From Bacteroidales bacterium UBA4070 (GTDB taxonomy: Bacteria; Bacteroidota; Bacteroidia; Bacteroidales; VadinHA17), in contig DFYY01000032.1 in assembly GCA_002383485.1 (NCBI GenBank), positions 78,891-142,890 of the forward strand: DNA of 64,000 nucleotides. Reading direction: 5' to 3'. Numbering within the stretch: position 1 is the stretch's first letter; each line of letters starts with the position of its first letter. A model generated the notes under the pieces. It did no database searches, was not told the origin of the DNA, and was given only the letters and a program-made list of their open reading frames with translations. Positions 48,404-57,300 of this stretch are shown here, piece after piece. The translations under genes were made by a program, and so were the position numbers.

Positions 48404-49072
48404 TTACATCTCTCCTTTCCTGAATCTGTAACCTGAAAACAACACGACAAAACTCAACAGCAGTGTGATGAGTGCCAGGGGCATAAGTACCGGTCTGAAT
48501 GCGCCTATCGATGCCCCGGTGTAGAAGACAGTGACAAAACCTGCCGCCACCGCGGTATACAGTCCCCTGTAGATCCACATCGGCTCAAGCAGAATCAGGG
48601 CAACCAGGAAGTATGTTGCCATCCCTCCAAGGAACCATGGCATCATGGTAAGGAGGGAGGCCCTGATGATGTTTGAGGGAAAGAAGATGGCGCTGCCAGC
48701 GGTGAACAATACGAGGACTACCAGAAACACTGTTAAAATGACAAGCGCTCCAAATGTGTGCATCCATATCAGAACACCGTTCTCAGAGACCGGCAAATGA
48801 AAGGTAAGCTTGATCCGCTTGTTGACCGTTTCGGGGAAATACTGGGCTATTGCAATGGCCAGCCCTATAATAAACGGGAGGAACTTGAGGATACTGAAAA
48901 AAACAACTCCCCTGAAAAGGAACGAGTACCAGTAATTGGCAGCGTCAACAAACAGAATATCATGACGTACCTTGAGGAATATGTTGATCAGTGCTACGAG
49001 ACTCAGGCCCAAAGCAATCCAGACTACCAGTCTGATCTTGATCCATTCTTTGTATATTAATGATTTCAGCAT
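48404..49072 (-). CDS. ABC-2-type transporter permease-like membrane protein
   Basis: 222 aa with about six hydrophobic helices. Located directly downstream of the ABC ATPase gene (17-nt gap). Confidence 0.6.
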   Translation of the reverse strand: MLKSLIYKEWIKIRLVVWIALGLSLVALINIFLKVRHDILFVDAANYWYSFLFRGVVFFSILKFLPFIIGLAIAIAQYFPETVNKRIKLTFHLPVSENGVLIWMHTFGALVILTVFLVVLVLFTAGSAIFFPSNIIRASLLTMMPWFLGGMATYFLVALILLEPMWIYRGLYTAVAAGFVTVFYTGASIGAFRPVLMPLALITLLLSFVVLFSGYRFRKGEM

Positions 49073-49089
49073 AGAGTTAAAATTCAGGG

Positions 49090-49974
49090 TTAATACTTGC
49101 GGGTCAGTCCGATAAATGCATCCTCAAGTGACATCTTTTTCTCTTCGAATGCGGTGTAGGTTATCCCCTTTGCGTTAAGGTATCCCTTTACTTCATCTTC
49201 CTTTGAGTAGGTGTAGAACTCAATTTTGTCCTTCACTTTATCGATGTTGACGGCAATTCCGTCCATATCGATTTCTTCATCCGGCGAAGTAAGCGTTATA
49301 TTGAACTGCCTGAAGCCGGACATGAACTGGCCGATCGGTTGCTGGGCAAGTATCTTGTTGTAATCCATTATCATGACGTCGTCTATCAGCCTCTCCATGT
49401 CCTGTATGATGTGGGAAGTCACAAAGACGGTTTTGTGTTCGGCCTTGGCATACTCACGCATATAGTCAATGAAGAGTCTCCTGTAACCCGGATCGAGTCC
49501 CATGGAAAAGTCGTCAAGGATCAGCAGGTCAGGGTCCTGTGCAAGGATAAGCCCCAATGCCACCTGTGAGCGCTGGCCACATGACATCGTTGAAATCTTC
49601 TGTTTCGGAGTTACCTTGAGCTTTGACATAAGCTCCCAGTAAGGGGCACTGTTCCAGTTGGGATAAAAACCTGAATAGAACTTTTCTATCTGATGGATAT
49701 TCATAAACGAATACTGCACGTGCCCCTCGATCAGGAAGCCGATCCTCCTTTTTGTTTCAGGAGTGAGAAGCTGGGTGTTTTCTCCGTAGATAAGGCACTC
49801 CCCGGAGTTGGGCTGCAAAAAGCCGTTGAGAATATTGATAGTCGTCGATTTGCCTGTGCCGTTCTTGCCAAGGAGGCCCAGTATCTTTCCCTCCTCCACG
49901 TTGAAGCTCAGGTTCTCATAGACAAGCTTCCGTCCGTAATAGTGGGTGAGGTTTTTGCACTCTATTGCATACAT
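49090..49974 (-). CDS. ABC transporter ATP-binding protein with atypical Walker B (LILDD) and signature (MSCGQ) motifs
   Basis: Walker A GKNGTGKST, signature MSCGQRSQ, Walker B DLLILDDFSMGLD, H-loop VTSHII, plus a ~70-aa C-terminal extra domain. Confidence 0.85.
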   Translation of the reverse strand: MYAIECKNLTHYYGRKLVYENLSFNVEEGKILGLLGKNGTGKSTTINILNGFLQPNSGECLIYGENTQLLTPETKRRIGFLIEGHVQYSFMNIHQIEKFYSGFYPNWNSAPYWELMSKLKVTPKQKISTMSCGQRSQVALGLILAQDPDLLILDDFSMGLDPGYRRLFIDYMREYAKAEHKTVFVTSHIIQDMERLIDDVMIMDYNKILAQQPIGQFMSGFRQFNITLTSPDEEIDMDGIAVNIDKVKDKIEFYTYSKEDEVKGYLNAKGITYTAFEEKKMSLEDAFIGLTRKY

Positions 49975-50002
49975 ATAATTGCTCTCAGTTAGGGGTTAGT
50001 AG

Positions 50003-51919
50003 TTATTTCACAATGCCTGGATCCGGGAATCTGAAGGGATTGGCCAGCTTTCCTGTGCGACCGTCGGAATAATGGAAGACAAGTGTATCGGCGTTTACGG
50101 CAGCGAATATGTTTTCCGGCACCGTTACCGTGTCAACGAAATGGATCACCCCCAGTTCAGTCCCGACGGAATCAAGCATTGTCTCAAAGGCAATCACCCC
50201 GCTGTCATTGGAGAGATGGCTGAAGAGGTAGCTATACCTGGCCTTGTGGGCCGTATTCGGGCCCATGGTTACTATGTACTGAGAGACCACGTCATCGGAG
50301 AAGTTTGAGAAGCTGTTGAACCGTGAGCTTGTGGGAACAAACATTGCCGAGGCATAATCAGCTTTTGATAGTTTTCCTGGCTGTTCTTCGAAGGTGATTA
50401 CCTTATAGGGCAGCTTGACATTGAATTCATTGTCATTAGCCGTAAAGGTCAGTTTTTTTGATTCGATGGCCTGGACCAGGGACTCTTTACCGGGCTCCTT
50501 GCCTTGCGGAAAGTAAATTCGTACTATCACCGGGCATGCAAAGTCGCTCTGGTATCCGCATGCATCTGTCTTCTGGTCGAGAAGGTGCTGAAGGTATGTA
50601 GCATCGAGCGGATCAAAGAACTTGTCGATTGTGAGTGTGTAGTAGACCACCGAGTCAACATCTCGTGCCACAGGCTCAATAATTCTCTTGACCGGCACGA
50701 AAAGTAGCTGCTGCAGCTTCTCCTCATTATATCTGGTGGTATCATAAAGAATGTGCACCGAATGGCTGGCCACGTAGGTGGAAACACCGTAGATGCCTTC
50801 CACTCTTCTCATCTGATTGGCAAATGCAGTTGAGCTGCCGAAGCACTTGATGTTCTTAAGCCCTGACATTTCAAAAAGACCTGCATTTTCAATCTGTTCG
50901 GGTGTGCCCCACTTCTGGTCTATGGTTGGAAGTTCAAAGAGAGTACCTGCAAGAATTCCCAGTATTATAAGAGCACCAAGGACTACCGCAGGAAGCCACT
51001 TCATATTCTTTTTATTTATCTGAAGGGTGTCTTTCTCAGGACATACATGGAGGCAGTCGCCGCACAGAGTGCAGTCAGTATGGGTTACCTTCTTCATGGT
51101 AGCGACGTCAATACCCTGGGGGCATTTTTCCGAGCAGAGACCACAGTCAATACAAGTTGATGTATTACGGGTTATATGAACCGGATCGGGCCATACCTTT
51201 TTCATCCGCGCCACCTCGAGGATATATCCCCCGGCTGTGATCACCACAAGTGGATAAATATATGATATATCAAGCCCGATCAGAACCAGGATCACGTAGA
51301 GCCCCATCACACCCAGGAACCACCATGAGAATTTGAATATGGCTGACAATGCTCCAAGAGGGCATAGATACCTGCACCATAAAAGTCTGATGAAAAGGGA
51401 TCCTATTACGAGGGCAGCTATTGCGAGCAGGGCCCACATCAGCGCAACATCGGAATCAAATCCCGAAGCAACGGCATAGTAAGGATCGAACTTCTTGCAG
51501 AACAGCTCGCTCGACTTAAGTGTGAAATAAAATGTTACAAAGAGCAGGACGTACTTCGGAAGCCGGAGAGCATAGTCGGCGAATCCTGTGGGAGTATATC
51601 TTACCTTAAGCCTGTCGCCCAGCTTACCTATCCATTCTCCTATTGTGCCCAGTGGACATATGTAACCGCAGAAGAGTCTTGAGAAAAGGACAATTCCGAT
51701 GAACAGGACAACCCCCATCATTATCTGTGTGCTTGTCATTGAGCATGAAAGGGAATCCATCGTGATATATGATCCGAGAGCCTGTAACCCTCCGAAGGGA
51801 CAGTATGCCTCAAAATCAGGTGCGTAGGCTTTATCAAACAACAGACGGAAGCCCATGAAAACAAGAATTCCAATGATAGCAAATTGATAAATTAATTTGT
51901 ACCAGTTTTGCCTTTTCAT
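50003..51919 (-). CDS. Membrane-bound polyferredoxin of the NapH/MauN/CcoG type with a ~300-aa C-terminal extension
   Basis: TM helices carry CPFGG, CGYICPLG and CRYLCPLG motifs. Two ferredoxin clusters (CIDCGLCSEKCP, CTLCGDCLHVCP) are followed by another TM helix (WLPAVVLGALIILGILAG) and a soluble domain. That domain begins with a beta-alpha-beta-beta-alpha-beta-looking segment (FEMSGLKNIKCFGSSTAFANQMRRVEGIYGVSTYVASHSVHILYD). Confidence 0.75.
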   Translation of the reverse strand: MKRQNWYKLIYQFAIIGILVFMGFRLLFDKAYAPDFEAYCPFGGLQALGSYITMDSLSCSMTSTQIMMGVVLFIGIVLFSRLFCGYICPLGTIGEWIGKLGDRLKVRYTPTGFADYALRLPKYVLLFVTFYFTLKSSELFCKKFDPYYAVASGFDSDVALMWALLAIAALVIGSLFIRLLWCRYLCPLGALSAIFKFSWWFLGVMGLYVILVLIGLDISYIYPLVVITAGGYILEVARMKKVWPDPVHITRNTSTCIDCGLCSEKCPQGIDVATMKKVTHTDCTLCGDCLHVCPEKDTLQINKKNMKWLPAVVLGALIILGILAGTLFELPTIDQKWGTPEQIENAGLFEMSGLKNIKCFGSSTAFANQMRRVEGIYGVSTYVASHSVHILYDTTRYNEEKLQQLLFVPVKRIIEPVARDVDSVVYYTLTIDKFFDPLDATYLQHLLDQKTDACGYQSDFACPVIVRIYFPQGKEPGKESLVQAIESKKLTFTANDNEFNVKLPYKVITFEEQPGKLSKADYASAMFVPTSSRFNSFSNFSDDVVSQYIVTMGPNTAHKARYSYLFSHLSNDSGVIAFETMLDSVGTELGVIHFVDTVTVPENIFAAVNADTLVFHYSDGRTGKLANPFRFPDPGIVK

Positions 51920-51940
51920 AAAATCAGGTATAGTATTAGG

Positions 51941-52276
51941 TTAGTTTGTTGAGTTCAGGTTTCTGAATAACTGGTCATGGAGGAAGTCCGAATTCATATG
52001 ATGTGACTCCATCAACTCCACCAGCGCCTTGTGCGACGATGCCTCTTCCTCCGGTCTGAGGCCTTTATAGCCTTTCACTCCGAGAAAAATACCAAGGGAG
52101 CAGTAGAGGACAAAGATAATGGCTGAAACAAGTATCCGGGAAGCCATAGGCATCGACCTGAAACTGCCCTCCTTTTGCAATTCTATTTTCAGCAGAACCT
52201 CGTCTGCAAATGTTTCGGGTACCGTGATTTGCCTTCCTTTCATTACTCCGGCAAGTTCACTGATCTGGTCTGACAT
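51941..52276 (-). CDS. Small single-pass membrane protein (regulatory-module member, function unknown)
   Basis: 111 aa with a central TM helix (ILVSAIIFVLYCSLGIFLGV). It sits between the Spy-like protein gene and the polyferredoxin gene. Confidence 0.45.
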   Translation of the reverse strand: MSDQISELAGVMKGRQITVPETFADEVLLKIELQKEGSFRSMPMASRILVSAIIFVLYCSLGIFLGVKGYKGLRPEEEASSHKALVELMESHHMNSDFLHDQLFRNLNSTN

Positions 52277-52340
52277 CTTTTTTATTCTTTCTATTAAAAA
52301 GACAACCTGTAAGGCAAAAGCCTGCGGTCAATACAAAAAT

Positions 52341-52865
52341 TTATTTCCCGATGTTGTTGATTCGTTCCTTTCTGGGGCAGTCCTTCTTGTTACAGGTCTT
52401 GCACTGATCATCGAGCTGCATCATTTTCTTGAAGATGACAGTAAGCCTTTGTTGCTGCTCCTCATTGCAGATTCCCTTAAGATTCATGAAATAGTCTGTT
52501 GTGTGTCTCCTGAGTGAAGTGCTCAGGGTTCCAACCTTTCTCGCCAGGCTGTCGAGTACCTGTGGGTCACTGCTCTCCTTTGCTAGTTCCTCCATCATTG
52601 CGACATTGGTTTCGCACATCATATCAAAAACGATATTATATGTCCTGATGGTTCTGTCATTTTCCACAAGAACCTTCCTATACTGGGAATCACTAAGTCC
52701 AAGCTCCTTCCGGAGCAGGTCCATAGAGTTTATCACTCCGGTATCACCCCTGTTTTTTTCGTTTATGCCTTTCATTACAAAAAAAGTCACCGTTGCCGAG
52801 ATAATGACCAATAGCAAAACGAGGTTAAGCCACAACAAAATCCTGTTGGTTTTTTCAGGTATCAT
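52341..52865 (-). CDS. Membrane-anchored Spy/CpxP-like (LTXXQ-type) protein with Cys-rich C-terminus; anti-sigma/sensor candidate
   Basis: N-terminal TM helix (ILLWLNLVLLLVIISATVTFFV), a helical domain with LGLSDSQYRKVL and NEEQQQRLTVIF repeats, and the C-terminus CKTCNKKDCPRKE. It begins 4 nt after the sigma gene stop. Confidence 0.5.
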   Translation of the reverse strand: MIPEKTNRILLWLNLVLLLVIISATVTFFVMKGINEKNRGDTGVINSMDLLRKELGLSDSQYRKVLVENDRTIRTYNIVFDMMCETNVAMMEELAKESSDPQVLDSLARKVGTLSTSLRRHTTDYFMNLKGICNEEQQQRLTVIFKKMMQLDDQCKTCNKKDCPRKERINNIGK

Positions 52866-52869
52866 GATC

Positions 52870-53466
52870 TTAAGTTTTAATTTCCTTGTTATCCGGGTAG
52901 TCCGGGCAGCATTTTTTCCTCACATTCTCCCGACCACGGGAAAGAAGTGATTCGACGGAGGAGACTGATAGTCCGAGCACGGCGCTGATCTCCTTGTAGG
53001 ACATCTCCTCATAATAATAAAGTATAAAGGCTTTCTGCTGTCTTGCCGAAAGTGAAGCAACTGCTGCCGAAAGCATCTGTTGTCTTTCCACCGCCTCCAT
53101 TCTCTCCCCCGGGTTATCTTCAGAGTGAGGTACCGGTTCTGCACCACCAGGGTTGTCATGTCTGAAAATCGATTCGATCTGCTGAATTGACCGGAACAGA
53201 ATGTTCTGTGATCTCTTAATGTGATTGATCGACTTGTTAAGCGATATCCGGTATAGCCAGAATGAGATGTTCTGCTCGTTTCTAAGACTGGCTACAGAAC
53301 GGAAAGTCTCAATAAAAACATCCTGGGCAATGTCCTCCGCATCTTCCCTCGACTGCAAAACCTTATAGCAGGTATTCAGCACCAGGTCCTGATACCTTGA
53401 TATCAGATGACGCATGGCATTGTTATCACCTCTGATAACAGCCTTTACCAGTTCCTGATCATTCAT
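52870..53466 (-). CDS. ECF-type sigma-70 family factor heading the 14-kb operon
   Basis: I prefer the start at MNDQELVKAVIRGDNNAMRHLISRY (M13 of the listed ORF). Region 2 DAEDIAQDVFIETF and region 4 LSARQQKAFILYYYEEMSYKEISAVLGLSVSSVESLLSRGRENV. Confidence 0.9.
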   Translation of the reverse strand: MNDQELVKAVIRGDNNAMRHLISRYQDLVLNTCYKVLQSREDAEDIAQDVFIETFRSVASLRNEQNISFWLYRISLNKSINHIKRSQNILFRSIQQIESIFRHDNPGGAEPVPHSEDNPGERMEAVERQQMLSAAVASLSARQQKAFILYYYEEMSYKEISAVLGLSVSSVESLLSRGRENVRKKCCPDYPDNKEIKT

Positions 53467-53526
53467 CACAGACTGTGTACAGGAAAATAAGGGGGATAAC
53501 AACCTCCATTGAGGGAAAGATTTGAA

Positions 53527-53964
53527 CTATTTTTTTGTCCAGCCCTTTGACTCGATAAAGGCTTCTGCCTCTTCACGTGTCCTGAAGATGTCTCCATCTT
53601 CCTCCCACCATGTATCTCCATAGGCCAGGCCCATCTTATCGCATCCCTCGCCGGGAAGAAGGCTGACGCTCTCAATGGTTTTCATCTTTATCTTGTCTGA
53701 CTTGATAGCCGCCACCCTGCATTTTACGGACTTCCCAAGAGTAGTTCCATCAGCAAAATAGCCTACGATGATGCCATAGCACTCTACATCCTTATTCACC
53801 CAGGAGCCTACTTTTGCCTGGAGATCTTGATTCAGTGATACGCTGCCTGAAATCGCCTGGCTGGTATCTGAAGCCCTGACTCCTTCTCCCTCAGTGCTAC
53901 TACCGCATGATGTTATTAAAATCAAGGAGACAAGAACAACAAATAGATAAATTGATTTTTTCAT
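53527..53964 (-). CDS. Small lipoprotein of unknown function (possible first gene of the operon)
   Basis: Lipobox MKKSIYLFVVLVSLILITSCGSS. 145 aa, located 60 nt upstream of the sigma gene and downstream of the RND-operon terminator. Confidence 0.6.
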   Translation of the reverse strand: MKKSIYLFVVLVSLILITSCGSSTEGEGVRASDTSQAISGSVSLNQDLQAKVGSWVNKDVECYGIIVGYFADGTTLGKSVKCRVAAIKSDKIKMKTIESVSLLPGEGCDKMGLAYGDTWWEEDGDIFRTREEAEAFIESKGWTKK

Positions 53965-54037
53965 GATATGATAGGTTAGTTAAATGGTTCTTCCGGCCTT
54001 AAAAGTAGAAATTTTATCAAAACAAATGTTTTCATAA

Positions 54038-54075
54038 TAAAAAAATGGCAGAAAAGACATTTTCTCTCCTGCCAT
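54038..54075 (-). terminator. Rho-independent terminator of the RND efflux operon
   Basis: On the minus strand, ATGGCAG...CTGCCAT (an imperfect extended hairpin) is followed by TTTTTTT. It starts 29 nt after the stop at 54104. Confidence 0.7.
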
Positions 54076-54103
54076 CTGATGCATATTCCGGTAAGGGAAT
54101 GAA

Positions 54104-54397
54104 CTACACCGTCTGCTCTATTGCCCAGACGAATGCCCTGATGCCCACCTCCTCGTTGATCTCATCAATGCGTTTCACCGCTTCAAGCAGCGGCGGAACC
54201 TTATCCTCCTCCACAAAGGTGAGGGTCACACCATTGATCTCAGGCCATGTGTGGGTGCCCAGATGAGGCACACCGGTAAATGAGCCCACACCTTCCACAT
54301 TTTCCCACTGCGTGTAACCCCTGATGCCGAAATGCTCGAGTGTGTACTCCACCTTTTCCGTCAGGGCAAGGTTATAAATTATCATTACTGCTTTCAT
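54104..54397 (-). CDS. Small PII-like, transporter-associated protein
   Basis: 97 aa (MKAVMIIYNLALTEKVEYTLEHFGIRGYTQWENVEGVG...) with a beta-alpha-beta pattern reminiscent of a PII/ferredoxin-like fold. Its start overlaps the RND pump stop by 4 nt. It recalls the PG0541-type transporter-associated family; from memory. Confidence 0.6.
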   Translation of the reverse strand: MKAVMIIYNLALTEKVEYTLEHFGIRGYTQWENVEGVGSFTGVPHLGTHTWPEINGVTLTFVEEDKVPPLLEAVKRIDEINEEVGIRAFVWAIEQTV

Positions 54398-57300
54398 GAT
54401 CTTCCGTTTTCATGGTTTTCCTTAATCTCCTCCAGGAACTTCATGTCCCTGAATGCAACCTTATGCTTCTTGTCCCTCTCGCCGTGGCGTGCTATCAGCA
54501 CATATCCAACCGGCACCAGCACCATCGTAACGATGGTTGAGAAGACCAGACCGCCTATCACGGCAATACCCATCGGCTGCCACAACTCAGAACCCTCGCC
54601 CGGATTGATTGCCAGCGGGAGCATGGCAAGAATGGTTGTCAATGATGTCATAAGTACAGGCCTGAGCCTGGAACGCCCTGATTGAAGCACTGCCTGGTAA
54701 AGCTCTACGCCCCTGTCACGCGTCAGGTTGATGAAGTCTACAAGCACAATTGCGTTCTTGACAACGATACCGATCAGCATTATTGCGCCGATGGCGGCGA
54801 TAAGGCTGAGATTGGTGCCGGTCAGGAAGAGAGCAATTGCCACACCTGAGAAGGCAAAGGGTATAGAGAGCATGATGATCACCGGCATCTTCAGCGATTC
54901 AAACTGTGATGCCATTACAAGGTAAACCAGGATCAGCGAGATCACCATCAGCAACCCGATGTCCATGAATGATTCGGACATATCTTCGTAGGCGCCGGAG
55001 ATCTCCACCATGACCCCGGAGGGTATCGTCAGGGCATCAAGCTCCTTCTGGATGTCCTCAGCTATAAGGTTAAGAGCCCTCTTGTAGGGTGTCACGGAGA
55101 CGGTCACAACGCGTTCCTTGCGTTTTCTCTCAATGTTAGGCGGCGACCAATACTCCTTGACTGTGGCTATCTCGCCCAGCCTGATGACCTGGCCGGTGGG
55201 AAGCGCAACCCCGATATTCTGCAATTCCGTGATGGAGTTGCGGGCTGATTCCTTATATCTTACGATGACATCGTATTCATCACCGAACTGGCGGAGCCGT
55301 GTTGCTGTCAGGCCGTCAACGCGATTGCGTATTGCGGTGGAGACCTGTGCAGTTGTCAGCCCGTACCGCAGTAGCTTGTCCTGGTCAAGAATGATCTGAA
55401 GTTCAGGTTTCGACTTGTCGCGACTGATATCAACGTTGGCTGCACCCTGGATCTTCCTGACCCTCCCGGCCAGCTGTTCTGCCAGGAGATTTGTCTGTGA
55501 TATGTCGAAGCCGTAGATCTCAATGTCAACAGTGTTTCCTCCCATGGCGCCCATTCCTCCTGACACGGCGAGAACTGAAAAGTTGATAACCTCAGGCATC
55601 GGGGCAATGATTCCCCTGATCTCCTCGGCAATCTCTTCCGAGGAACGTTTGCGGTCTTCCACATCAAGGAGCGCGAAGGTAAAGGTTACTACGTGAGTCC
55701 CGCTCTGGCCGAAGAGCGATGTTAATCCGCCGCTGTCATCCGTACCAGCAGACATCGAGATAAGCTTCACCTCCGGGATCTGCTTACGCACAATCGAATC
55801 GATCCTGTCTGCCACCTTTTCCGTCTCAGTTACCCTTGTACCGGTCTGAAGTTCTACGGTTGCCGACACCCGGGACTCATCAGCGGCAGGCATAAACTCC
55901 GTGCCGATGAATTTAAACAGCATCATTGAGCCGATGAAGACCACCAGGGCTGCGGCAATCACAAATTTCTTGTGATGCAGCACCCACGACAAGGTTTTGA
56001 CATAAAATCCGTCCAGCCACTCAAGGAATTTGTGAATGGAGCCGTCCCATGTCCACCACGGTGCATTTTCCTTCACCGGTCTCAACCTTAGCAGAAGAGT
56101 GCTAAGCGTCGGGGTGAGGGTGATGGCGGCAACGGTTGACATGATGATTGTAATGGAGACAATCCATCCCAGCTGGGCGAAGAGTACGCCTGTCAGCCCT
56201 TTTACAAAAGTCAGCGGCAGGAACACTGCCACAACGGTAAGAGTGGTGACGATTACCGCCAGCCATACCTCGTTGGTGGCGTAAATGGCTGCTTCGCGCG
56301 GGCGGCTCCCCCTCTCGATGTGCTTGGTGATGTTCTCAAGCACCACAATGGCATCGTCAACCACCATACCTATGGCTATGGAGAGTGACGAGAGCGAAAT
56401 AATGTTAATGGAGCTTCCCGTCAGGAAGATATAGATGAATGCCACAAGCAGTGAGATGGGGATCGTCAGGGTGATGATCAGGGTAGCACGCCACCTCCCG
56501 AGGAAGAAGAGCACCACCAGCACCACGAAGAGAGCGGCATACATGAGTGTCTCAGTCAGGTTGTTGATCGATCCCTGGATGAACTCCGAGGTATCCATTA
56601 TCTTTTCGATGCGGATATCCGGGGGAAGGCTCTTCTGCAGTTTCTGTATCTCGGCATCAACCTCGCGGCAGATCTGGACGCTGTTTGCACCCGACATCTT
56701 CTGGACGAAGAGTGTCATCCCCTGCTTGCCATCGATCTTTGAAACCAGCTTGGTCTCCCTGATGGTGTCATTGACAGTGGCAATGTCACGGAGATAAACG
56801 TTATTACCGCTGAAGTTACCTACAATTAAGTTTGCAATCAGGTCGCTCTCCGCGAACTCTCCCTGAATCCTGATAGGGTAGTCCATCTTGCCCATCTCGA
56901 GATAACCGGCGGGCATGTTCATGTTTTCGGCCCGGAGGACGTTGCCAACCTGCTCTATGGTGAGGTTGTACGCCTCCATGCGCCGCGGGTCCACCTCAAC
57001 GTAGATCTCTCTCCCCGGAACACCGGAGAGGGCCACGTTACCGACACCGTCAATGCGGTTCAGCGGGTTCACCAGCTTCTCGTCAAGTATCTTCTCAAGC
57101 CCCTTGTAGCTCTCCTCTGCAGTGATGGCGTAGAAGATAACGGGCATCATACTTGAGTTGAACTTGAAGATTGTCGGATCCTCGGCATCTTCGGGAAGGA
57201 AGCTCTGAATGAATGAGAGGGAGCTTCGTACGTCGTTCGACGCCTCATCGAGGTTCGTTTCATATTCAAATTCCATGAAGATAACCGACACGTTGTCGCT

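Noticed and set aside
39234-53964. Interpreting the big operon as a polysaccharide-utilisation locus, a FecIR-type iron-signalling locus, a haem (Hmu) locus or a nos accessory cluster
   Set aside because: There is no SusD-like gene and no glycoside hydrolases. There is no FecR, and the receptor has no STN domain. There are no HmuY- or CobN-like genes. NosZ, NosD and NosL are absent, even though an ABC ATPase, an ABC-2 permease and a NapH-like ferredoxin are present. None of these templates fits.
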